From Candidatus Saccharicenans sp. (GTDB taxonomy: Bacteria > Acidobacteriota > Aminicenantia > Aminicenantales > Saccharicenantaceae): a stretch of DNA of 64,000 nt. Under the pieces are notes generated by a model that worked only from the letters and a program-made list of their open reading frames with translations, was not told where the DNA came from and ran no database searches. The translations under genes were made by a program, and so were the position numbers. Shown here in pieces: positions 9,499 through 18,014 of the stretch. The stretch is from the NCBI GenBank assembly GCA_017992175.1, contig JAGOPD010000005.1:6580-70579 (forward strand). The letters are read 5' to 3'. Position 1 is the stretch's first letter. Each line of letters starts with the position of its first letter.

Positions 9499-10042
9499 TT
9501 ATTAAGAATTGAGCCCTCCTGTTTCTGGCCCAGGCGTTTTCATCATGACCGGGATCAAGGGGCTGGCTTTTACCATAAGAAATAATTCTGACTCTGTCTG
9601 GCGAGAGGCCCAGGCTGACTAAATAGTTCATGGCGCTTTTGGCTCTCTTTTCTCCTAAAGCCAGGTTATATTCTTCGGTGCCCCTTTCATCGCAATGGCC
9701 CTCGATGAGGATTTTAACCGTCGGATGAGATTTAAGCCATTGAGCGTTGGCTTCCAGCACCGGTTCGGCATCATTTCTTATTTCGTAACGGTCATAATCA
9801 AAGAAAATCATGGCTAAGGGTTTTTCCTGATTAATTTGCTCCAGGGTTTTTTTCTGGAATATTTCTTCTTCACTCAAAACTGGTTCCTTGACCACTGGTT
9901 GCTCAACTTGCTCAGCTTTGGGCTGTTCCTGAGCCTGAGGGGCAGGAGGCGGTGGCGGAACTTCTTTGACTTTTTTCTTACAGGCTGTGGACAGGGATAA
10001 AATCAGAATGACCGACAGAGAAAATATCAACAGCTTTTTCAT
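9488..10042 (-). CDS. pal: Peptidoglycan-associated lipoprotein Pal (OmpA family)
   Basis: Lipobox LSTAC and OmpA-like C-domain (GHCDERGTEEYNLALGEKRA). Lies between tolB and cpoB. Confidence 0.9.
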   Translation of the reverse strand: MKKLLIFSLSVILILSLSTACKKKVKEVPPPPPAPQAQEQPKAEQVEQPVVKEPVLSEEEIFQKKTLEQINQEKPLAMIFFDYDRYEIRNDAEPVLEANAQWLKSHPTVKILIEGHCDERGTEEYNLALGEKRAKSAMNYLVSLGLSPDRVRIISYGKSQPLDPGHDENAWARNRRAQFLIIEK

Positions 10043-10090
10043 TTTTCCTCCTCAAAGTAGGTTGAGATAAAATTATGTCTCTTCATTCAA

Positions 10091-10119
10091 TTTATACAAT
10101 GAAGGCTCTAAGGTGTCAA
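10091..10119 (-). promoter_or_regulatory. Putative internal sigma-70-type promoter in the tolB-pal gap
   Basis: Minus strand reads TTGACA-17 nt-TATAAA, about 45 nt upstream of the pal ATG, which has a GGAGG RBS. The -10 lies in the loop of a 7-bp hairpin (10081-10104). Confidence 0.3.
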
Positions 10120-10141
10120 CAACAAAGAGGCGGCTGGCGGC

Positions 10142-11434
10142 TTAATTAGTCCAGTTAGGTAATTTATTTTCTCCCTGGGAGGTCAGAAGCCGGAGATGAC
10201 TTCCATCATAATCAACAGAATAAATCTGGATAGAGCCGGACATATTAGAAGAAAATACCAGGTGGCGCCCATCCGGCGACCAGGAAGGCGATTCATTCCT
10301 GGCGTTTGATTCAGTCAGCTTGGTTATCTGATTGGTCTTTAAATTGAGAAGATAGAGGTCAAAAAAATTGTTGACTCTGGAGACAAAAGCAATCCGTTCT
10401 CCGTCTGGTGACCAGGCCGGAGAATCAAGATAATTACCGCCGAAACTGACTTTGCGGACATTGCCGCCTTCGGCATCCATCAGATAAAGCTGGGGAAAGC
10501 CTGTCCGGTCAGAGGTGAAAGCAATTTCCCGGCCAGTTGGCGACCAGGAAGGAGCGGTGTCAATAGCTGAATTGAAGGTAATGCGGCGGATATTGGTCCC
10601 ATCAGCATTGGCCACATAGATTTCAGCGTTGCCATCCCGGCTCGAACAGAAAGCTAACTTTTTCCCGTCGGGAGAGAAAGCTCCGGAGAAGTTAGTTCCC
10701 CGGGTTGAGACCGGGACCATTTTGCCCTCATAAGGATATAAGACTATCAGATCTGGATTTCCTGCCCGGTAGGAGGTAAAAACTAAAGCCCGCTGGTCCG
10801 GCGACCAGGCCGGCATATAATCTATCCATTTATTGAAGGTCAGCCTGGTCTGATTGGCCCCGTCATAATCCATCATATAAAGCTCGTCATTTCCGTCGCG
10901 GTTAGAGACAAAAGCAATTTTGGTGGTGAAATAGGGCTTTTCGCCATAGATTTTCATCAACTCATCAGCCAGACGGTGAGCGACCAGCCGGAAGACTCCA
11001 GGTTCAGCCTGATATCTTTTGCCCAGAATCATTCGCTGGCTTTTAACATCGTAGATTTTCGTCTCAAAAACGATCTTTTCCTGGGCCTGGGTGATTTCAC
11101 CGACCACCAGGATTCTGGTCTGAATAGATTCCCAGTCCTTAAAGAAAATTTCTTTCGGATTCAAGGGGCGGATGTAACTCAGATGCTCCTTAGGAATAAG
11201 CGAAAAAACCCGGCTGTAATTCAGATCAGCCGACAGAACCTGATGCATGGTTTCGGCTGCTTCTTTGGCCGCCGGAGACGAGGAGTCATAAATAAAGGGA
11301 GGAACGGCTAAGGAAATAGCCGGGACTCCTTCTTTGATGGTTAACACTACCTCTTGCTGGGCACTAACCGGGACCTGGCCGGCGGCCAGCAGGACGACCG
11401 AAATCAGAAAAAGATGAATTAAATATTTTTTCAT
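10142..11434 (-). CDS. tolB: Tol-Pal system beta-propeller protein TolB
   Basis: Signal peptide, TolB N-domain and repeated PxWSPDG propeller motifs. Confidence 0.92.
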   Translation of the reverse strand: MKKYLIHLFLISVVLLAAGQVPVSAQQEVVLTIKEGVPAISLAVPPFIYDSSSPAAKEAAETMHQVLSADLNYSRVFSLIPKEHLSYIRPLNPKEIFFKDWESIQTRILVVGEITQAQEKIVFETKIYDVKSQRMILGKRYQAEPGVFRLVAHRLADELMKIYGEKPYFTTKIAFVSNRDGNDELYMMDYDGANQTRLTFNKWIDYMPAWSPDQRALVFTSYRAGNPDLIVLYPYEGKMVPVSTRGTNFSGAFSPDGKKLAFCSSRDGNAEIYVANADGTNIRRITFNSAIDTAPSWSPTGREIAFTSDRTGFPQLYLMDAEGGNVRKVSFGGNYLDSPAWSPDGERIAFVSRVNNFFDLYLLNLKTNQITKLTESNARNESPSWSPDGRHLVFSSNMSGSIQIYSVDYDGSHLRLLTSQGENKLPNWTN

Positions 11435-12267
11435 TGGCTCCGCTCAAAAATCAAATGTATGACCAGGTAGTCATTTTCAAAATCACGGGGCAACGGAGGA
11501 AAAGGAGAAGCCAGTTCCACCGCCCGCCTGGCCGACAGATCGAGAGCCGGCAGGTTAGAAGGCTGCTCTATTTTGAGGTCAGCGATTTGCCCGTTTTTAA
11601 GGATTTTAAAATAAATAACCGATTGATATTCACCGCTAAAATTAAGATTATTGGTGGCAGTAAACCAGTTGCCCGAGACCCGGTCAATGATGATTTGAAG
11701 GTAATAGGTGTAAGGGAAGGAAGTACTGGCTAAAGGATCTCCATAACCAAAGCCCCCACCCCCCGGACCCTCGCCAACTCCAATTCGCAAGCCTGAGCCG
11801 CCGCTACCGGTCCCGGTTCCGCCGGCGCCGGTGGCCTGTCCTTCGGTTGCTACCCCGGTTTCGGTTCCGGGCTGAGGCGCTTGAATCGCCGCCTTTTTAG
11901 GCGGTGTCTTTTCCTTTGGTTTAGTCTTGCCCGTTTTTTCTTCCGGATAACGAATAGAGCTCTGACTGGCCGGCTGGGCTTTCTCGGGAAGAGTCAGCTC
12001 CTTCATGGTCTGTTTTCCAGCGGCAGGCTGACCCTTTGCTCCGGCCTGGCCCCCGGGGCCAGGACCACCAGTCCCGCTCCCGCCTCCACCCGGACCGCCG
12101 GGCAGGCCGACAAAATTCAGATTGACATAATGAACCAGACCTTTATCCTTTGAACCATTTAGATAACCGGAAAAACCGGCCAGAGCAAATATGGCGAGAT
12201 GTAGAAAAAATGACAGGATCAAGGCTCTTTTAAACTGGTTGGTCATTAAAAGAGAAGATCTCATCAT
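11431..12267 (-). CDS. tolA: TolA/TonB-family energy-transducer protein
   Basis: N-terminal TM anchor, low-complexity Gly/Pro-rich linkers and a TonB_C-like C-domain. Lies between tolR and tolB. Confidence 0.7.
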   Translation of the reverse strand: MMRSSLLMTNQFKRALILSFFLHLAIFALAGFSGYLNGSKDKGLVHYVNLNFVGLPGGPGGGGSGTGGPGPGGQAGAKGQPAAGKQTMKELTLPEKAQPASQSSIRYPEEKTGKTKPKEKTPPKKAAIQAPQPGTETGVATEGQATGAGGTGTGSGGSGLRIGVGEGPGGGGFGYGDPLASTSFPYTYYLQIIIDRVSGNWFTATNNLNFSGEYQSVIYFKILKNGQIADLKIEQPSNLPALDLSARRAVELASPFPPLPRDFENDYLVIHLIFERSQ

Positions 12268-12722
12268 TCTGTCCGCTTCTTGGCCGCCGTCCTTTCCAGA
12301 GGCTCGGTGACCAGGCCGACGACCTCGATGCCGGATTTCTTGATGATGTCCAGGATCTGAATAAGCTGACCATAGCTGAGATTCCGGTCAGCCCGGAGAT
12401 AAACAATTTTCTTGGTTTTATTGAAAAAGTATTCCTGCAGTCTTCTTTCCAGAAGGTTAATGTTGATGACTGATTCCCCCAGATGGATATAACCATCGGC
12501 CGTAATGGTTAAGGTCAACCCTTCTTCGGCCGGGGCTGATTCAGTTTCGGCCTGGGGCAAATTAATACCGAGGCCTGATTGCATCATCGGGGCGGTCACC
12601 ATAAAAATGATTAGAAGGACCAGCATGACATCAACCAGAGGAGTGACATTGATTTCGGACATAGAAGTCCCCAGTCTTCTCCGGCCGTTAGCCGTCTGGC
12701 CCGGGTTAAGATTAAGAGCCAT
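12264..12722 (-). CDS. tolR: Biopolymer transport protein TolR/ExbD
   Basis: ExbD family motif INVTPLVDVMLVLLIIFM, about 150 aa. Confidence 0.85.
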   Translation of the reverse strand: MALNLNPGQTANGRRRLGTSMSEINVTPLVDVMLVLLIIFMVTAPMMQSGLGINLPQAETESAPAEEGLTLTITADGYIHLGESVININLLERRLQEYFFNKTKKIVYLRADRNLSYGQLIQILDIIKKSGIEVVGLVTEPLERTAAKKRTE

Positions 12723-13380
12723 AGACCTTTTCTATTATATTTAAAAATTCCAGATTAAAATCATCCATGGTGGTTATAATTTCTTTAATCCGGCCCAAAA
12801 AATGGTTATAGGCAATAACCGCCGGAATAGCCGCAAAGAGGCCCAGGGCGGTGGCGATCAGAGCCTCGGCAATGCCCGGAGCAACCGTCACCAGGCTGGC
12901 TGACCTGACCACTCCGATTTTGTGGAAAGCGTCCATAATCCCCCAGACGGTTCCAAACAAGCCAATAAAGGGAGTGACACTGCCACAGGTGGCCAGAAAA
13001 CTCATCATTTTCTCCAGCCGGTTAATTTCTCCATTCGAAGCTCTGAGCAGAGAGCGGTTGATCAGCTCCAGTTTTTCTCCGCTAATCGAATTCTGAGGCT
13101 GGGGATTGGACCGGGTCAGATGAACCAGTTCTTTGAAACCGGCTTGAAAGATGGCTGCCAGGGGACTATTCTTATATCTTCTGGCTGCTTCGTTAACCTC
13201 ATTTAGAGATTTGCTGCGGCGGAAGGTTTCTAAGAACTGGCGGGAGGAAGTATCAGCCGCTTTCAGACTGCGGGCTTTGAAAATGATAATTGCCCAGGAG
13301 AAGACGGAAAAAATAATCAAAACCAGGAGAATAAACTTAACAACAATCGTGGCCTGTAAAATTAAATTAAAGACGTTCAT
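12712..13380 (-). CDS. tolQ: Proton-channel protein TolQ/ExbB (MotA/TolQ/ExbB family)
   Basis: Three TM segments and the conserved GLFGTVWGI...APGIAEALIATALGL motif. Confidence 0.9.
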   Translation of the reverse strand: MNVFNLILQATIVVKFILLVLIIFSVFSWAIIIFKARSLKAADTSSRQFLETFRRSKSLNEVNEAARRYKNSPLAAIFQAGFKELVHLTRSNPQPQNSISGEKLELINRSLLRASNGEINRLEKMMSFLATCGSVTPFIGLFGTVWGIMDAFHKIGVVRSASLVTVAPGIAEALIATALGLFAAIPAVIAYNHFLGRIKEIITTMDDFNLEFLNIIEKVYGS

Positions 13381-13524
13381 AACTTTTTCAAATTAACATA
13401 GCCTCCGGGTTGTGTCAATGAATCAGTCAAAACAGGCCCGGCCGCTGTGTTAGGTCAGCTACATTGGTGACACTTGACGTCAGCTACTGATTAGAGTTTA
13501 AATAATGGGACAATAAGAGGCAGC

Positions 13525-14868
13525 GTGAACAACCTGAAGAAAAATTTCGTTCATCCGCCCCGGCTTCTGGCGATCAGCTTTCTTCTGGCCATTTTAGCCG
13601 GCTCAGTCCTGCTGTCCCTGCCGGTGGCGACCCGGTCAGGTCATATATCCTTTATCAATGCCCTTTTTACCTCGGCTTCAGCTATTTGTGTTACCGGATT
13701 GACCGCGGTTGATACGGCTACTTATTTCACCCTGTTTGGACAGATAGTCATCATCTGCCTGATTCAGCTCGGCGGTCTGGGAATTATGACTTTTTCCAGT
13801 TTTATCCTCCTGACGGCCGGCCGCCGGGTGACTCTTACCGGGAAAATGGTGGTTGAAGGCTCATTCCGGCCGTCTGTTATTTCCGACTTCAGGTCTCTAT
13901 TAAAGGACGTTTTCGCTTTTACTTTTGGCCTGGAGGCGGCCGGGGCCGTAGCTCTTCTAATCTGCTTTGGCCAGGATTTCCCCCGGGGTCAGGCTTTATT
14001 TGCCTCCATATTTCATTCCATTTCAGCTTTCTGCAACGCCGGTTTTTCAATCTTTTCTGATAACCTGGTTGGCTATCGTTCGGATCTTGGAGTCAATTTA
14101 ATCATCATGCTTCTTATTATTGCCGGCGGCCTTGGCTTTTTTGTCCTGCAGGAAATAAGAGTGGCCTTTAGAAATTTAATAAAAAAAGACAGAACCAAAT
14201 TTTCGCTTCACACCAAACTGGTCGGTACGCTGACTGCTGCCATTATTATTATCAGTTCCGGTCTGATATTTCTCATCGAGACGGGACGGGGATTGTCTGG
14301 ACTCCCGTTAAAGGATCGGCTGCTGGCTTCATCTTTCCAGGTGGTTTCGGCCAGAACCGCCGGCTTCAATACGATTGATTTAAATATCCTGTCGGCCGCT
14401 TCGATTATGCTGCTGATGCTGGTGATGTTTATTGGCGCTTCACCCGGCTCGACTGGCGGCGGTGTTAAGACGACGACTTTCGGCCTGATTTTTGCTTTCC
14501 TGAAATCCAAGATTCAGGGCTATGAAATTCCCAGGATTTTTTCCAGGGGAATTAAGGATGAGGATCTGATCAAAGCTTTTACTCTGGTTCTTCTGGCTGT
14601 TGCCCTGATTTTCACCGCTACTGTTTTGATTTTGCTGATAGAGCCGGAGTTGAGCTTAAAAGCGGTTCTCTTTGAGGTCATTTCGTCTTTTGGCACAGTT
14701 GGTCTGTCTCTGGGTATTACTCCTGGCCTGACCGGGTTTAGCAAATTGATGTTAATCATAGTGATGTACATCGGCCGGATTGGCCCCCTGGTTATCCTGG
14801 CTGCCTTTAGCCGGATCAAACCAGCCGGTCATTTTCAGTTTGTTGAAGAAAACATCATGGTGGGCTAA
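13525..14868 (+). CDS. trkH: TrkH/KtrB-family potassium transporter membrane subunit
   Basis: Polytopic protein with repeated pore-loop motifs (CVTGL, CNAGFS, RTAGFN, GTVGLS). Followed by trkA. Confidence 0.85.
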   Translation: MNNLKKNFVHPPRLLAISFLLAILAGSVLLSLPVATRSGHISFINALFTSASAICVTGLTAVDTATYFTLFGQIVIICLIQLGGLGIMTFSSFILLTAGRRVTLTGKMVVEGSFRPSVISDFRSLLKDVFAFTFGLEAAGAVALLICFGQDFPRGQALFASIFHSISAFCNAGFSIFSDNLVGYRSDLGVNLIIMLLIIAGGLGFFVLQEIRVAFRNLIKKDRTKFSLHTKLVGTLTAAIIIISSGLIFLIETGRGLSGLPLKDRLLASSFQVVSARTAGFNTIDLNILSAASIMLLMLVMFIGASPGSTGGGVKTTTFGLIFAFLKSKIQGYEIPRIFSRGIKDEDLIKAFTLVLLAVALIFTATVLILLIEPELSLKAVLFEVISSFGTVGLSLGITPGLTGFSKLMLIIVMYIGRIGPLVILAAFSRIKPAGHFQFVEENIMVG

Positions 14869-14907
14869 AATATACTGGACCCGACAGGTCTAAGAACGGA
14901 GTTTAAA

Positions 14908-15564
14908 ATGAAATTTGCTATTATCGGCCTGGGCAGCTTTGGCAGTTATTTAGCCCGGACTCTTTATGACAAGGGCCATGAAGTCCTGGTCATTGATAAA
15001 GACAAAGACAAGGTCGAAGAAGCTAAAAATTTCTCAACCCAGCCGGTCTGGATGGATTCGGCCGATAAGGAAAGCCTCCAGGCCCTCGGTATTAAGGATA
15101 TGGATGTGGTCGTGGTTAGCCTTGGCCCCGAAATGGAACCTTCAATCCTGACTGTCCTTTACCTGCATGAACTTGGTGTTAATCGCATTCTGGCCAAGGC
15201 TTTGAGTGCTGACCATGGGAAAATTCTGGAAGCAATTGGCGCCACCGATGTTATCTATCCTGAGCGGGATATGGCTGTCAGACTGGCTCAAAAACTAAGC
15301 TCAAGAAATGTTCTCGAATATTTGCCGCTGGCTGAAGGTATCAGCATTCAGGAAATAGTCCCGCCGGAGAGTTTCATCGGTAAAAAATTAAAAGACCTGA
15401 ATCTGACCAATAAATTCCATGTTCAGGTTATTGCTATCAGACAGCTGGTGCCGGAAAAGCTGATCTTTATCCCCGGGGCTGATTTTGTGATCAAAGACAG
15501 CGACGTGCTGGTGGTCATGGGAGAAGAAAGCAGCCTGGCTGAATTATCCGCCTATAAGAAGTAA
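14908..15564 (+). CDS. trkA: TrkA/KtrA potassium-uptake regulatory subunit (RCK N + C)
   Basis: Rossmann motif IIGLGSFG followed by a TrkA-C-like domain. 218 aa. Confidence 0.85.
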   Translation: MKFAIIGLGSFGSYLARTLYDKGHEVLVIDKDKDKVEEAKNFSTQPVWMDSADKESLQALGIKDMDVVVVSLGPEMEPSILTVLYLHELGVNRILAKALSADHGKILEAIGATDVIYPERDMAVRLAQKLSSRNVLEYLPLAEGISIQEIVPPESFIGKKLKDLNLTNKFHVQVIAIRQLVPEKLIFIPGADFVIKDSDVLVVMGEESSLAELSAYKK

Positions 15565-17913
15565 TTTCTTCAAAAGCTCCTTAGCTACCTGTTTGGCTTT
15601 TTCGCCTGTTTCCCTGACCGGTCCGACGCAAGACGGGCAACCGGCTTCACAGGGACAGTTGTCAATCGTCTGGAGGCAAGCGGTCAAAAGATCCTGTCGC
15701 AGCTCAAAGAGGGCAGAAGATAGCCCGATTCCTCCCGGAAAATTGTCATAAAGAAAAATATTGGGCGAAAAATCGGGCGATAAAATATTTTCCAGCCGGT
15801 CGTTAAAGGGGCCTTTCCGGCCAGGCAGATCTCTGGGCGGAATAGATTCGCCGGTAAAATTATCGCCAATAGCTACCCCCAGGTCATGGACATCGCACAT
15901 GATGAAGAAGGGAGCTACCTGATGAAGGATATAAGCCAAGCCAAACAGCCCGTTTATCCTCTGTTCGGAAGTGAAGGGCAGGCTTTGATAAATTTCGGCC
16001 GGAATGGTCAGCCAGAAACTGGTGGTGCTCATTTCGTTCTGGGGCAACTGCAGCTCTCCGGCTCCGACATTTTCCATGGTATGGAATTTAATTTTTTTGA
16101 AGCCAACCACCTGAGTGGCCACATGGACTTCTCCCTGAGCCGCCCAGCCCTGCGGTAAGTTCTGCCGGTCAAAAATATCCAGGATTTTGACGTTGGTGTA
16201 ATCTATGGCATCGGTAAAATAATCGACATCAGTTTTTTTAACATAGGCTTTTCTTTCTTCATAATCGAATTTTTCCACAAAATACTGCTCGCCTTCACAG
16301 ATGTAAATAGCCTTGGGGTGAAGGGTGGTTAAAGCCGAGGAAAAATCAACTTCAGCAATGACCCGGGGTTTGTCAGTGGTATCAACTACCACAAAATTAT
16401 CGGAACTGATGCTGCGCAGAGAAATGGCATCAGCCGGGTAGGCTTCTGAAGTCCAGAACCATTTGTTCTGGCTATGAAGCAGCATCTGCTCTTCTTCCAG
16501 CAGTTCCAGCAGGTCAGTCACTTCGGCCGCCCCGAATTTTTCCCCGTCTTCAAAAGGCAGCTCAAAAGAGGCACACTGGACGTGACTGAGCAAAATAGAC
16601 GGGTTGTCAGGATTAATCAAAGCCATTTCCGGCGGACTGGTGAAAAAGTAATCAGGATGAGAGATGATAAATTGATCAAGGGGGGAAGAGGAAGCGACCA
16701 GAACCGCAGCCGATTTGCCTGTTTTCCTTCCTGCCCGGCCGGCTCGCTGCCAGGTGCTGGCGATCGTCCCCGGATAACCGGCCAGCACCGCCACATCCAG
16801 GCTGCCAATGTCTATGCCCAGTTCCAGGGCATTGGTCGAGACGACTCCGAGAATTTTGCCTTCGCGCAGGCCCTTTTCAATTTCTCTTCTTCTGGCTGGC
16901 AGGTAACCGCCTCGATATCCCCGGATGAGCCCTTCATCCTTCAAGCTTTTTTCAATCTCTTCTTTAAGGTAAGTGACCAGAACTTCAGTCAACAGGCGGC
17001 TTTGAGCAAAAACTATCGTCTGCAAACCCTCTTTTAGAAAGATCGAAGCCAGCCGCCTGGTTTCATTGATGTAAGAACGCCTGATCCCCAGCAGCGGGTT
17101 TATGACCGGCGGGTTATAAAAGACAAAGTATTTTTCGCCGCGGGGAGCACCATTGTCAGCAATCAGCTCGACTTCTTCCTCGATCATTTTACTGGCCATC
17201 TCCACCGGGTTGGCAATGGTGGCGGTGGACAAAATAAATTGAGGATTTGAGCCGTAAAAGTTAGCCACCCGTTTGAGCCGCCTGATGACATTGGCCACAT
17301 GGCTGCCGAACACGCCGCGGTAATTATGTAATTCATCAATGATGACATATTTGAGGTTTTCAAAGAGCTTGATCCACTTGGTGTGGTGGGGCAGAATGCC
17401 AGAATGCAGCATATCGGGATTGGTGATGATGATATGGCCCTGGCCCCGAATTGCCCGCCGGGCATCCTGCGGCGTATCCCCGTCATAGGTGAATATTTTG
17501 ACTCCAGCCCCGGCCAGTTCGATCGTTTCATCCAGTTCGGCCCGCTGGTCCTGAGAGAGAGCTTTGGTTGGGAAAAGATAAATCGCCCGGGAGGAGGGCT
17601 CCCGGATGATCCGGTCGAGGACCGGCAGGTTATAGCAAAGAGTTTTGCCGGAGGCGGTCGGAGTGACCACCACTACGTTTTTCCCCGCCTTCACCTTTTC
17701 CCAGGCTTTTTTCTGGTGGGAATAAAGATAATTGAAGCCTTTTTTCTTCAGAGCCGAAACGAGCTCCGGAGCAATATCTGAAGGATAATCTTCGAGGAGA
17801 GCACTCTGGGCAGGCAGATATTTGAGGGTGGTAATGGAATTGGAAGAGGCGGCCAGCCTTCTTATCTTTTCGATAGCGACTGATAATTTTTGTTCCTGGT
17901 CAAAATTTGCCAT
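15544..17913 (-). CDS. DEAD/DEAH-box helicase with C-terminal DUF1998/zinc-binding domain (MrfA/YprA-like)
   Basis: Motif I TPTASGKT, motif II DELH, motif VI QRAGRAGR, and a C-terminal four-Cys cluster CPCEAGCPSCVGP. Confidence 0.85.
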   Translation of the reverse strand: MANFDQEQKLSVAIEKIRRLAASSNSITTLKYLPAQSALLEDYPSDIAPELVSALKKKGFNYLYSHQKKAWEKVKAGKNVVVVTPTASGKTLCYNLPVLDRIIREPSSRAIYLFPTKALSQDQRAELDETIELAGAGVKIFTYDGDTPQDARRAIRGQGHIIITNPDMLHSGILPHHTKWIKLFENLKYVIIDELHNYRGVFGSHVANVIRRLKRVANFYGSNPQFILSTATIANPVEMASKMIEEEVELIADNGAPRGEKYFVFYNPPVINPLLGIRRSYINETRRLASIFLKEGLQTIVFAQSRLLTEVLVTYLKEEIEKSLKDEGLIRGYRGGYLPARRREIEKGLREGKILGVVSTNALELGIDIGSLDVAVLAGYPGTIASTWQRAGRAGRKTGKSAAVLVASSSPLDQFIISHPDYFFTSPPEMALINPDNPSILLSHVQCASFELPFEDGEKFGAAEVTDLLELLEEEQMLLHSQNKWFWTSEAYPADAISLRSISSDNFVVVDTTDKPRVIAEVDFSSALTTLHPKAIYICEGEQYFVEKFDYEERKAYVKKTDVDYFTDAIDYTNVKILDIFDRQNLPQGWAAQGEVHVATQVVGFKKIKFHTMENVGAGELQLPQNEMSTTSFWLTIPAEIYQSLPFTSEQRINGLFGLAYILHQVAPFFIMCDVHDLGVAIGDNFTGESIPPRDLPGRKGPFNDRLENILSPDFSPNIFLYDNFPGGIGLSSALFELRQDLLTACLQTIDNCPCEAGCPSCVGPVRETGEKAKQVAKELLKKLLLIGG

Positions 17914-17999
17914 AGTTGCGTTCGGCCTTATTATAGATTATAAAAGACCATTATTAAATAAATGATTTTTCCGGCCGGGCCCAGAAAATTTCTGCCGAG

Positions 18000-18008
18000 T
18001 GCTACAAT
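18000..18008 (+). promoter_or_regulatory. Extended -10 element TGcTACAAT immediately upstream of uvrA
   Basis: TGCTACAAT at 18000-18008. The uvrA ATG at 18015 is only 6 nt downstream and has no Shine-Dalgarno. Confidence 0.4.
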
Positions 18009-18014
18009 ATAACT

